Shown here: positions 1-8,639 of the stretch, piece by piece
Position numbering within the stretch: the stretch's first letter is position 1
How the letters are laid out: each line of letters begins with the position of its first letter
NCBI GenBank assembly: GCA_964607415.1
Contig: CAZSKK010000002.1
Span: 224,585-288,584 of the forward strand
Length of the DNA: 64,000 nt
Direction: 5' to 3'
Source of the DNA: an uncultured Candidatus Saccharibacteria bacterium
GTDB lineage: Bacteria > Patescibacteriota > Dojkabacteria > J137
Position numbers and translations under genes: made by a program
The notes under the pieces: model-generated
Told to the model about the DNA's origin: nothing
What the model saw: the letters and a program-made list of their open reading frames with translations, nothing else
Databases searched by the model: none

Positions 1-144
1 TGTTAAGTGGGCAATTATATCTTTAACGCTCCACTCTCCAAGAACTTTTATTTCTGAGATTTGCCCATTACCAAGCTGAGAAAGAACTTTTTGCATCCGA
101 TTATGACCGGAAATATGATCTTGAATTATTTGTTGTTTAGACAT
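1..144 (-). CDS. Partial CDS (N-terminal part only, continues beyond window start); DinB/YfiT-like hypothetical protein
   Basis: Reverse-strand ATG at 142-144 gives MSKQQIIQDHISGHNRMQKVLSQLGNGQISEIKVLGEWSVKDIIAHLT; open to window edge; not in ORF track (truncated). Confidence 0.3.
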   Translation of the reverse strand, partial: MSKQQIIQDHISGHNRMQKVLSQLGNGQISEIKVLGEWSVKDIIAHLT

Positions 145-251
145 AAACAAATTATACAAATTAAAATGATTTATGCGAATTAATTACTAACATTCTTTTT
201 TTAATCTATAATAATTTTAACCAATTATTTAAACCTACTCTTTATCTTTTT

Positions 252-950
252 ATGGATCATAAGTTTACTTATTTATTAATGGGCTTACTATTCTTCTTAG
301 TCTGGATAGTTTTATTTGTTTGGAAAAAATATTCCAGAAAAGAAATGCTGATTGCATCTACACTTTGTGCTGCAATGGGACCCTTATCTGATGTTTTGTA
401 TACTCAAGATTGGTGGCATCCCAAAACTCTTACAGGTACACAAATAGGGTTTGAAGCCTTGATTGTCGGGGCAGCTCTTGGTGGTATTGCCTCAGTTATA
501 TTTATAGATATATTTAAGAAAAATATAAAAATACCAAGGAAATCTAAAAAAGATACAAAGCTGCAAAATATTAATCTTGCAATTATAATAATTAGTTCGC
601 TATTAATCTTTTTTGGGACCTTCTTTGTCTTAAATCTTAATAGTCTTATAGCTACATTAATAACTTTTATTGCTGGTACATTTTTCATGATTTTTAAAAG
701 ACCTGATCTTTTTTGGGACTCGTTCTTAAGTGGAGTGCTGCTTTTAATTGTTGCTTCAATTGTTTATACAATTCTAGAAATTTTAACCCCAGGGTGGATA
801 GAAGCTTTTTGGGAATTTAAAAATATTCCAGATATTATTATCCTTAATTTACCTGCAGATGATATTCTGTGGTACTTTTTTGCTGGAATGTTTCTTGGGC
901 CACTTTATGAATTTTGGCAAGGAGGGAAAATAGTAAGTATTAGGAAGTAA
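252..950 (+). CDS. Hypothetical polytopic membrane protein
   Basis: 232 aa ORF with several hydrophobic helices; no recognisable motif. Confidence 0.45.
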   Translation: MDHKFTYLLMGLLFFLVWIVLFVWKKYSRKEMLIASTLCAAMGPLSDVLYTQDWWHPKTLTGTQIGFEALIVGAALGGIASVIFIDIFKKNIKIPRKSKKDTKLQNINLAIIIISSLLIFFGTFFVLNLNSLIATLITFIAGTFFMIFKRPDLFWDSFLSGVLLLIVASIVYTILEILTPGWIEAFWEFKNIPDIIILNLPADDILWYFFAGMFLGPLYEFWQGGKIVSIRK

Positions 951-981
951 TGGCTTCCACTGTTCCTATTTACTCTTACTC

Positions 982-2127
982 TTAAATAATTATAAGCTCC
1001 TCCTCTGCCCTAGTTACTGCCGTATAAAGCCACCTTCTCCACATTTCATCATCCATTTTGGCAAATCTTTCTTGAAACAAAATTACTCGTCTTGCTTGAC
1101 TGCCTTGTGCTTTGTGTACAGTCATTGCATAGCCAAAATCAAACAAATCCCCTTTTGAATATTTTGCACGCTCTTGTGTAAAATTTTGCGATTCAGAATT
1201 ATTAAACTGATTTGCTGCAATTAAACCTTTATAAACACTGTCCGCACCATCCATATCGATTTCAGCGTAATACCATTCTGGCTCTGATTTAACAATAACT
1301 TTTATGCGACCAAGCATTCCATTAAAAATCTGCTTCTCATGATTATTTCTTAAGCAAATGACTCTATCTCTGGCTTGCGGTTCAGTAGTTTCAAACTCAA
1401 GCGCCTGACGAATGTATTTATTTAATTTAACCCTTGTTGTATTGTATCCGCAAAGAACTAATGTATCGTCTTTAAAGTTTCTTAGCATATCTCCTAAATC
1501 TGGATCATTACGTTCCATTTTTTTTACTGGCCAGGTAAAATACTCATTTGGAATTTCACCCTTTTCACGAGCAACAATCGAAAGGTTTATGATTGGATTA
1601 TCCTTAGCTTGCCTGTGTATTTCCTCCAATTTAATTACAGGATTTTCCATAAGATTAAAATTTCCCTTAATAGGTGGAAGCTGACCATGATCCCCTACTG
1701 CAATAATTGGTATTTGATAGGTAAGAAGATCTCTCCAAAGTGCTGAATCCACCATAGAAGCTTCGTCTACAATCAAAAGGTCAAACGGAACTTCATCTTT
1801 TTGTTCCCACCCTATAATTTGTTCTTCATTATTTACAATTGGCGAATACATTAGCGAATGAATTGTGCTGATTGAATCTTGTGGAAAAAGTGATTTGCTA
1901 TCAATAATTTTGTTTTTAAGAACACGAGTAGCTTTACCTGTATAGCTTACAAAAGCTACCTTAAGATCTTTATTCTTTTCATTCAGCTGATTACGAAGAA
2001 TGGAAATCAGAGTTGTTTTTCCTGTACCAGCAAAACCACCTAAAGTTATAAATTGAGGTTTTGCTGGGTCAGAAAACCAGGTTAATAATTTTTTTAGAGC
2101 GATTTCTTGATCGTGAGACAGGTCCAT
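982..2127 (-). CDS. RecD-like / PIF1-like ATP-dependent DNA helicase (SF1, AAA_30 + UvrD_C_2 architecture)
   Basis: Walker A GGFAGTGKTT, DEASMVD (Walker B/motif II), GDHGQLPPI, C-terminal YAMTVHKAQGSQ typical of RecD2/TraA-like helicases. Confidence 0.85.
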   Translation of the reverse strand: MDLSHDQEIALKKLLTWFSDPAKPQFITLGGFAGTGKTTLISILRNQLNEKNKDLKVAFVSYTGKATRVLKNKIIDSKSLFPQDSISTIHSLMYSPIVNNEEQIIGWEQKDEVPFDLLIVDEASMVDSALWRDLLTYQIPIIAVGDHGQLPPIKGNFNLMENPVIKLEEIHRQAKDNPIINLSIVAREKGEIPNEYFTWPVKKMERNDPDLGDMLRNFKDDTLVLCGYNTTRVKLNKYIRQALEFETTEPQARDRVICLRNNHEKQIFNGMLGRIKVIVKSEPEWYYAEIDMDGADSVYKGLIAANQFNNSESQNFTQERAKYSKGDLFDFGYAMTVHKAQGSQARRVILFQERFAKMDDEMWRRWLYTAVTRAEEELIII

Positions 2128-2204
2128 TGTTTATATGATAAAATCCACAAGCCTATAAATTATACACCACTTGAAGCTTTTGAATTTTATTATTAATGAT
2201 TTGA

Positions 2205-2564
2205 GTGATGTCAGATTCTCAAGAGCTCCCAAGTTTTAAATCTTTTCAAGATTTTGTAGAAGATTTTAAATACAACTTGCCCGATGAATTTACAATGGAA
2301 GTGACTAGAAACTCAGGAGATATTGAATTTTTTAAAATTGAAGTTAGTATTACTTGCAACAAGGATATCTATCATGATAGCTATTCAATGTTAGAGTTAA
2401 TGAAAGAAATCTTTATTACGCAAGCTTTAAACTTTAAAGGTGCTATAACCCTACCTTTCAGTAATGAGGTTACTTCGAAAATAACAATAAGTCCTGTAAA
2501 AGGCCATAGCTCTTTAGTTCAGCATTTGAAATTACAATTCAGCTGCTCGTTTGATATTTCGTAG
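2205..2564 (+). CDS. Hypothetical protein
   Basis: 119 aa ORF, no recognisable motif. Confidence 0.3.
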   Translation: MMSDSQELPSFKSFQDFVEDFKYNLPDEFTMEVTRNSGDIEFFKIEVSITCNKDIYHDSYSMLELMKEIFITQALNFKGAITLPFSNEVTSKITISPVKGHSSLVQHLKLQFSCSFDIS

Positions 2565-2597
2565 CCATATATTCGGCTAATTTTTCAAAGGTTATTT

Positions 2598-2650
2598 GGT
2601 ATTAATAATTTTTTTAAAGCGATTTCTTTGTCTTGAGATAAATCTATTTG
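2598..2650 (-). pseudogene. Fossil 5' fragment of a second RecD-like helicase gene (codes MQIDLSQDKEIALKKLLIPNNL then stop)
   Basis: About 50 nt near-identical to helicase 5' end at 2076-2127 (ttaataatttttttaRagcgatttcttKRtcNtgaga); translation mirrors MDLSHDQEIALKKLLT. Confidence 0.5.
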
Positions 2651-2674
2651 CATATTTAGTGCTAAAATTTCAGC

Positions 2675-2998
2675 ATGGAACCACAAATTATAGATCAAGA
2701 GCTGACAGATGGCTCACTTACTGTGCACGAAATTTTTAATGATGGGAATTTAAGCGGCGCAATCGTTATTCTTAAAGGAACTAATAGATGTATTAGGCAT
2801 AAAGAAGCTGATGCAACCTACTTAGTAATAAAAGGTGAAGGTCTATTTAATGTAAATGGGGAGGAAATATATGTTGAGAAAGGCCAACTAATTACAATTC
2901 CCAAAGGCACGTTTTATTTTGATAAAGGGAACATGACAATGCTTGCAGTAAATGAACCTGGTTTTGATGCTAAAACTATAGAATTTTTAGAAAGTTAA
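2675..2998 (+). CDS. Cupin-domain protein
   Basis: 107 aa; two-motif cupin pattern (G..H.H......Y.V.G.G ... G....P.G..H). Confidence 0.5.
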   Translation: MEPQIIDQELTDGSLTVHEIFNDGNLSGAIVILKGTNRCIRHKEADATYLVIKGEGLFNVNGEEIYVEKGQLITIPKGTFYFDKGNMTMLAVNEPGFDAKTIEFLES

Positions 2999-3614
2999 AT
3001 TCATCTGTTTTTTCTAAAATCCTTGTATGTCCCACTACATTGGTTTTCAAGTTTTCTGTAGATTTTCTTCCGTCTATCAATGATGAATTCGGAAGTATAT
3101 GATTATCAAACTTAGGGTAAAAATTTAAAACCTTAGCTTTTGGATTAGGCTCAATAAACTTACTAACATTCTTTTTATTAAGCTGAATCAAGTTAAAAAT
3201 TCTAAGATTAGAAAATATTGTACCCTTATACGGACAGCTTATTGTAATCAAAGTACTAATTCTATCTACTAAACTATCTTTACCCAATAAAGCATTCCCA
3301 ACAATTGAACCTTTGCTATGAGAAAGCACCACTACATTTTTTAAATTATTTCTTAAAATATAGTTTTCAATTTTTTCAATATTTGATTCAATAGTTCCTA
3401 AGCTACTGTATCCAATTTGAGTATGTATTTGAAAACCTAATAGATTTAAATTGTCAGAAAGTGATTTTAGAAAAACCCAGCTTTCAGTAAAACCTGGGAT
3501 TACAATCAAATCTTTATCTCCTTCTTTATAGCTGTTTGGGATTCGCAAGAATAAAGTCAGAAAATAATTTTTAGCAATTAAAATGTACTCTAGAAAAATG
3601 TAATAAATAAACAT
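2976..3614 (-). CDS. Alpha/beta-hydrolase fold protein (lipase/esterase, PGAP1-like)
   Basis: VVLSHSKGS nucleophile-elbow-like motif; size and pattern of small lipases. Confidence 0.45.
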   Translation of the reverse strand: MFIYYIFLEYILIAKNYFLTLFLRIPNSYKEGDKDLIVIPGFTESWVFLKSLSDNLNLLGFQIHTQIGYSSLGTIESNIEKIENYILRNNLKNVVVLSHSKGSIVGNALLGKDSLVDRISTLITISCPYKGTIFSNLRIFNLIQLNKKNVSKFIEPNPKAKVLNFYPKFDNHILPNSSLIDGRKSTENLKTNVVGHTRILEKTDEFNFLKIL

Positions 3615-3636
3615 TTTGCAATTATTATTAATAAAT

Positions 3637-4350
3637 TTATAATTTCTTTACATCGGTTTCTCTACTCTCGTCAAAATTTTCAATTATGCCTTTAAGCCCT
3701 AAAATAAATTTATCGATGTTACCTGGATCAAAAATTGCTTTTGCAGCATCTAAATACTTTTCATGGTCAGGATAAGGATGTTCTTCTTTAGTTATAAAGT
3801 TAAACATTTCTGAATCCAAAACTACATTATTAAAAATTTCGGCCATATCCCAGTAAATTCCTGAATCAGGATCCAGCTCCGAAAAAATCTCGGGGAAAAA
3901 TTTTTGTGTATATTGGTAAAAGAAAAAATGCATTAATTCATGCGCAATTATTCCTTTAGCGGATTCACCTCTAAAATAAATCATAAATGATTCATCCTCT
4001 AAAAATCTTGGAGAAAAAGGATTAAGTGTAATAAAAACATCGTATTCTCCTTTTAAAGCAATTTTATTTTTGAACAAACGATTAGAAACAGTCCAAAATC
4101 TTCCTGAAACCTCATTCCAATTTTGTTCAAATTTGTCTACTGCTTGTCTAATCTTAGATAAGTTCCTACTATAAAATTCAGCTAAAAACTTATCAATATC
4201 TTCTTCTTCAATATTTTCAATTTCTGGATAATGCTCTATAAATATTTGTTTAAAATCAAAACCACCACCAGCTCCAACTTTCAGGAATTTTTTGATCATT
4301 TCTACATCTAATTCTTCGTCAATTTTGAATGTTAGTTTTGGTGTTTTCAT
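3637..4350 (-). CDS. HExxH zinc-metallopeptidase-like hypothetical protein
   Basis: IIAHELMHFFF HExxH motif in a 237 aa soluble protein. Confidence 0.4.
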   Translation of the reverse strand: MKTPKLTFKIDEELDVEMIKKFLKVGAGGGFDFKQIFIEHYPEIENIEEEDIDKFLAEFYSRNLSKIRQAVDKFEQNWNEVSGRFWTVSNRLFKNKIALKGEYDVFITLNPFSPRFLEDESFMIYFRGESAKGIIAHELMHFFFYQYTQKFFPEIFSELDPDSGIYWDMAEIFNNVVLDSEMFNFITKEEHPYPDHEKYLDAAKAIFDPGNIDKFILGLKGIIENFDESRETDVKKL

Positions 4351-4512
4351 TCACCTAGTATACATCATCATGTCCACCAAGTTTAAGCAGGATAATTATT
4401 ATTGATTCACTTTTTTCTATACACCACAAAATTCTAATATCTCCAGCGACTCGTAAACTCAAGATATTGCACTCTCACTTTTTTGTATTAGTCAATGCTA
4501 TAATTCATCCAT

Positions 4513-4586
4513 GCACTTGTAGCTCAACTGGATAGAGCACAACTTTGCGGAAGTTGAGGTTGGAGGTTCGAATCCTCTCAAGTGTA
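4513..4586 (+). tRNA. tRNA-Arg; anticodon reads GCG in loop TTGCGGA
   Basis: 74 nt cloverleaf: acceptor GCACTTG/CAAGTGT, D-arm GCTC-AACTGGATA-GAGC, anticodon stem CAACT/AGTTG, T-arm GGAGG-TTCGAAT-CCTCT; strong similarity to bacterial tRNA-Arg D and T arms; CCA not encoded. Confidence 0.8.
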
Positions 4587-4599
4587 ATTTATAAATCAT

Positions 4600-5934
4600 A
4601 TGAAAAGGCTTTTTCGAAAACTCAACTTCCCCGATATTCTAGTTTTTATTACTAGCACTGCATTTATATTTTCACCTCTGATTGTTGATTTTGATTCACT
4701 ACCAAAAGGTTGGGAACTTCCAAAAGTTTATTTTTGGGTAACTTTCAGTTTGGTAATGATCCTTGTAATCTGGATTTACAAAACGTACATGTTTTTAAAA
4801 AATCCTGATTCAAAGATAAACTACAGCTATTTTTTGCTCTTAACATTACTCTTAATCTTATTCTTGTCCACCAGTCTATCCGAATACGGTCGTATAATTT
4901 TTCCTGATAATAATCCAAATCCTATACATCAACTAATCTTTAACCTCAAATCTGAAACCTCAAGCCTAAGCGTAAACATGTCTTTGTATGGGAACTCATT
5001 TAGGGACCAAGGATTTATTACTTTCCTGTTTTTAATTTTATTTTTCTGGGAAATTGGAAAATTTGTAAACAATCGTAACTGGCATTTTGTTTCCATGGGA
5101 TTTATACTTTCTGCCAGTTTTCAATCAGTTAAAGCTATTCTTGAATTTTATAATTATGCCAAAGTTGATCCCGACCGTTTAAAAGAAGGAATGTGGGTTT
5201 TTGGTTGGTTTGGCCAATCAAATTTTTATGCAGGCTTTTTACTTATTGCAGTTATTTTTAGTACATACTATTTAAGATCTAAAAACTGGACTTTAAGATT
5301 AAGCTTTATTCCTGTTACAGTTTTTCTAAATATAACACTTTGTCTTTCCTACTCTAGTTGGGGGATTATATCGCTTGCATTAACTATAGGATTAATAATT
5401 ATTTATGAACTGCTTCCAAACAAACTTTACCCCTTATTTTTATGTGTACTTGGCATAAGTTTTCTTGTTTTGTATAACTGGTTTATTGAAAAAATAGAAC
5501 AAGAATCGGCATTGAGGGTTATGATTTGGGACAATGCATATGAAATTTATATTAAAACTCCCGTTAAAAATCCTACTCCGGAAAACGCAAGATTGTTTTT
5601 TTTAGGTTCTGGCTTTGATACTCTTGGAGAAGTTTTTAGATCAAAAGGAAGATTTGAAGGATTATATATTGATAGAGGGCACAATTTTTTAATTGATATC
5701 ATAGTTTCTGGTGGAATACTTGGTCTAACTTTTTTTACAGGCATTCTTACAAAAATCGCATTAAAATTTAAAGAAAACTTAAACAATAGAATGTTTAGTT
5801 TTACTTTAATTGCTTTAGTTGCCTGGATGTTTAGAAGTTTTGTGCATGAAAATGGAATAATCAACATCGTGCAATTCTTCATGCTGCTTTCGATTTTAGT
5901 AAATTTTGAGAATGATAATCAGGGCAAAAGTTAA
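4600..5934 (+). CDS. Polytopic membrane protein, possibly O-antigen ligase/Wzy-like
   Basis: 444 aa with 10 or more predicted TM segments. Confidence 0.4.
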   Translation: MKRLFRKLNFPDILVFITSTAFIFSPLIVDFDSLPKGWELPKVYFWVTFSLVMILVIWIYKTYMFLKNPDSKINYSYFLLLTLLLILFLSTSLSEYGRIIFPDNNPNPIHQLIFNLKSETSSLSVNMSLYGNSFRDQGFITFLFLILFFWEIGKFVNNRNWHFVSMGFILSASFQSVKAILEFYNYAKVDPDRLKEGMWVFGWFGQSNFYAGFLLIAVIFSTYYLRSKNWTLRLSFIPVTVFLNITLCLSYSSWGIISLALTIGLIIIYELLPNKLYPLFLCVLGISFLVLYNWFIEKIEQESALRVMIWDNAYEIYIKTPVKNPTPENARLFFLGSGFDTLGEVFRSKGRFEGLYIDRGHNFLIDIIVSGGILGLTFFTGILTKIALKFKENLNNRMFSFTLIALVAWMFRSFVHENGIINIVQFFMLLSILVNFENDNQGKS

Positions 5935-6133
5935 TACAAAATCTAAAAAGACTGACGTTATTAATGTCGGCGACAATGAATTTATCGTAAGGTTTAATGC
6001 TCTAAGAGAAAAAGGCAAAGCAAACGAAAAGTTAATTGAACTACTTTCCGAATATTTTGGAGTTTCTAAATCTCAGATAAAAATAGTTTCAGGGTTTACA
6101 AGCAGCAATAAGATAGTGAATTTAGAAAATTGA
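5906..6133 (+). CDS. yggU: DUF167 / YggU family protein
   Basis: 75 aa; pattern IRAKVNTKSKK...GDNEFIVRFNALREKGKANEKLIELLSEYFGVSKSQIKIVSG matches UPF0235. Confidence 0.55.
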   Translation: MRMIIRAKVNTKSKKTDVINVGDNEFIVRFNALREKGKANEKLIELLSEYFGVSKSQIKIVSGFTSSNKIVNLEN

Positions 6134-6198
6134 ATATTTGAATTTTGAAATTAATTCGAATTTAGTTATTTAGGATTTAGAATTTCCAGTGTAGCTAG

Positions 6199-7941
6199 TT
6201 ACATACGCTCTACCGTCTCAATTCCAAGAAGATTTAAACCATTTTTTAGAACAATACTGGTAGCTTGAGTTAGGGCAAGGCGCGCTTGTCTATCCTGTTC
6301 TGTTTCTGCTTCTATTACTCTACATTCGCTGTAAAATCTGTTAAAACTTTCTGCAAGTTCGAAAAGATAAGTGCAAATTATGTGTGGTGTAATCTCAGTA
6401 CCAGCTTTAAAAGCAGTTTCTTTATATTCATCCATTTTCTTTAATAAATATAGTTCAGGTTCAGAATTTAAAACTGCATCTAAGTTGCCTGGAACTTTAG
6501 CTTCCTCAATTTCAGCCTTTCTTAAAATTGATTTGCATCTTGCATAAGAGTAAAGAACATACGGTCCCGTGAAACCATCAAAGCTTAAAAATTGCTCCGG
6601 ATCATAACTAAAATCCTTATGAAACTCATGTGATAAAACCAAGAACTTTAGCCCAGCCATTGCAACTGCACTAGATATCAACTCCTTTTCGTCTTCATCA
6701 TATTCCGCAATTTCATCAATTTTTTTTCTTGCTACATTTTTTATTTCATTCAAAATGTCCATGCCTTTAACTGACTCTCCCATTCTTGAACTGAATTTTT
6801 TACCTCCTCTTAACATCCAACCAAATGGTATGTGTTCATACCTGCCAGTAAACTTAGAATCTATAAGTTCCAAAACCTTAATTACGGCTTTAAAATAGTC
6901 TTTTTGTTCTACAGAAGTTGTTACTATTCCTTTAAATAAATCTGGATATTCTTCAAACTTTTTATAAGCAAGGGCTAAATCTTTCGCAGAATAGGTTGGA
7001 TTTCCGTCTTTAGTTAAGAAAACCCAATTATTTAAGCCAATTTTTTCACCTCTATAAATTATTGCACCCTCACTTTCTTCGAATATTTTTCCGCTGTATT
7101 TTTGAACTATTTTTACACCCTCCTCGTAAACCTCACTTTCGGGATATTGTCTATCGTAAGTTATTCCTAAAGTTTTCCAAACTGCATCTTGATGCAGAAT
7201 GCTGTATTCTCTAAGTTTTTTGTATGTTTGCGTTTCTTTGTTATCAACTTTCAAATATATATCCTTATTTATATGTCTTATTTCTTCTTCCGCTTTTTTA
7301 TTTTCTTTAAAAGCATTTGATCCTTTTACATAGCAGTTATCAATAAGTTTCATTCTTTCATGAGCTTCCATTGAATCAAAATTTTCTGGAACTTCAGTAT
7401 GTAAAAAACCCCAAGTGCATTTGGCGACATGCATTCCAACATCTCCAAAGTAATTGGCTTTTATAACATTGTATCCAAGGTTTTCGTGAAGTTTAACCAT
7501 AGAAAGCCCAGACACTGCACTTTTTAAATGACCAATGTGAAATGCTTTGTGAGTATTGGGCTGGCCAAATTCAATCATTATTTGTTTATCTTGTCCCAAG
7601 TTAGATTTACCAAAGTTTTGATCTTGAAGGATTTCTTTAACTATTGATTTAGAATGAATTCTCTTGTCTTTAAAATTCAAAAAACCACTTATAGATGAAG
7701 CCTCTTCAGTAATCGAATTAATATCTAGAAAAGAATTAACTTTTTCGGAAAGTTCTTTTGCAACTTCATTTGGAGATTTTTGCAGAATACTTGCTAATTT
7801 AAAAGTTACAAAAGTCCAGTCACCATGTTCACTGTTTTTGGGTCTTTCTAGAATAACAGGATCTTCGTAGTCAAGAGCATATAAATCTTTTATAGAAGAC
7901 AAAATTAGCCTTCGTTTTTCTTGAACAGATTTATCTTCCAT
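6199..7941 (-). CDS. argS: Arginine--tRNA ligase
   Basis: Class I HIGH motif (AFHIGHLKS), 580 aa, ArgRS N-terminal add-on domain and typical C-terminal ...ETVERM. Confidence 0.95.
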   Translation of the reverse strand: MEDKSVQEKRRLILSSIKDLYALDYEDPVILERPKNSEHGDWTFVTFKLASILQKSPNEVAKELSEKVNSFLDINSITEEASSISGFLNFKDKRIHSKSIVKEILQDQNFGKSNLGQDKQIMIEFGQPNTHKAFHIGHLKSAVSGLSMVKLHENLGYNVIKANYFGDVGMHVAKCTWGFLHTEVPENFDSMEAHERMKLIDNCYVKGSNAFKENKKAEEEIRHINKDIYLKVDNKETQTYKKLREYSILHQDAVWKTLGITYDRQYPESEVYEEGVKIVQKYSGKIFEESEGAIIYRGEKIGLNNWVFLTKDGNPTYSAKDLALAYKKFEEYPDLFKGIVTTSVEQKDYFKAVIKVLELIDSKFTGRYEHIPFGWMLRGGKKFSSRMGESVKGMDILNEIKNVARKKIDEIAEYDEDEKELISSAVAMAGLKFLVLSHEFHKDFSYDPEQFLSFDGFTGPYVLYSYARCKSILRKAEIEEAKVPGNLDAVLNSEPELYLLKKMDEYKETAFKAGTEITPHIICTYLFELAESFNRFYSECRVIEAETEQDRQARLALTQATSIVLKNGLNLLGIETVERM

Positions 7942-7965
7942 AAAATACTTGGTTAATTAGTTAAC

Positions 7966-8568
7966 TTATAACAACTGCTTTTTAAACTTGTTTTTAAATA
8001 CCTTCCCATGCCCTGGAATAATCCAGTCGGCAATTTCTAAAATTTTCTTTCTTGATTCTTTTAAAGTCTCCATATCTTTAGCATATGGATCTTCCAAATT
8101 TATTAGCTCATCGTATTCATATTCATCCTTTTGTTCACCATCCATCCACCATAAAACATCCATTGCTACAACATAAATTCCTTTTTCTGTTCTTATAATT
8201 GGCGATGAATGTTCATAGGTATGCCCTGGCGTTTGTATTGTCTCAATATTAGTTCCAGGAATATTTCCTTTAAAAAATATCTCTCTATCTCCAACGAAGA
8301 TAGTCTCGTAATCATAAATTGGTTTATCAGGAAAAAGTCTTATATTCAAAAAATGGTCTGGGTGATAATGTGTTAAAAATACAATATCAATATCTTCAGG
8401 TGTCAGTCCTTCCTTTTTAAGTGAACTTAATAAAAGCTCTTTATTGGCACCTGGGTCAATTAAGACTTTTTTATCATTAGAATACACAAGAATTGATGTA
8501 GGGCTTGCGAAAACCTCGCCATCTTCCATTCTTGCATAACCTTCAATTAGAATTTTGAATATATCCAT
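7966..8568 (-). CDS. MBL-fold metallo-hydrolase
   Basis: LTHYHPDH (HxHxDH) motif. Confidence 0.8.
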   Translation of the reverse strand: MDIFKILIEGYARMEDGEVFASPTSILVYSNDKKVLIDPGANKELLLSSLKKEGLTPEDIDIVFLTHYHPDHFLNIRLFPDKPIYDYETIFVGDREIFFKGNIPGTNIETIQTPGHTYEHSSPIIRTEKGIYVVAMDVLWWMDGEQKDEYEYDELINLEDPYAKDMETLKESRKKILEIADWIIPGHGKVFKNKFKKQLL

Positions 8569-8639
8569 AATAAAATAATTTGTTAAACTAGTCTTCAGTT
8601 AACTAGCCACCACAAATTAACAAACGAACTAAACACTAG

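Noticed and set aside
404-688. 94-aa antisense ORF inside the 252-950 membrane-protein gene (and similar antisense ORFs at 1412-1684, 5547-5882, 7664-7870, 7988-8176, 8953-9351, 10251-10463, 10813-11007, 12764-13060, 13119-13394, 13152-13379, 14345-14592, 18979-19302, 21971-22201, 22702-23088, 23093-23437, 27236-27586, 27869-28090, 28405-29478 set, 30652-30867, 31344-31592, 33926-34114, 34394-34603, 36198-36407, 36452-37062 set, 37661-38242 set, 39505-40134 set, 41221-41448, 42838-43373 set, 44351-45321 set, 46262-47330 set, 48548-48742, 49432-49629, 52009-52227, 54351-54617, 55472-55711, 57776-57964, 58640-58903, 59406-59678, 60492-60969 set, 61766-61966)
   Set aside because: Fully embedded in, and antisense or out of frame to, longer ORFs with clear homology. 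Low-complexity translations typical of AT-rich shadow ORFs.
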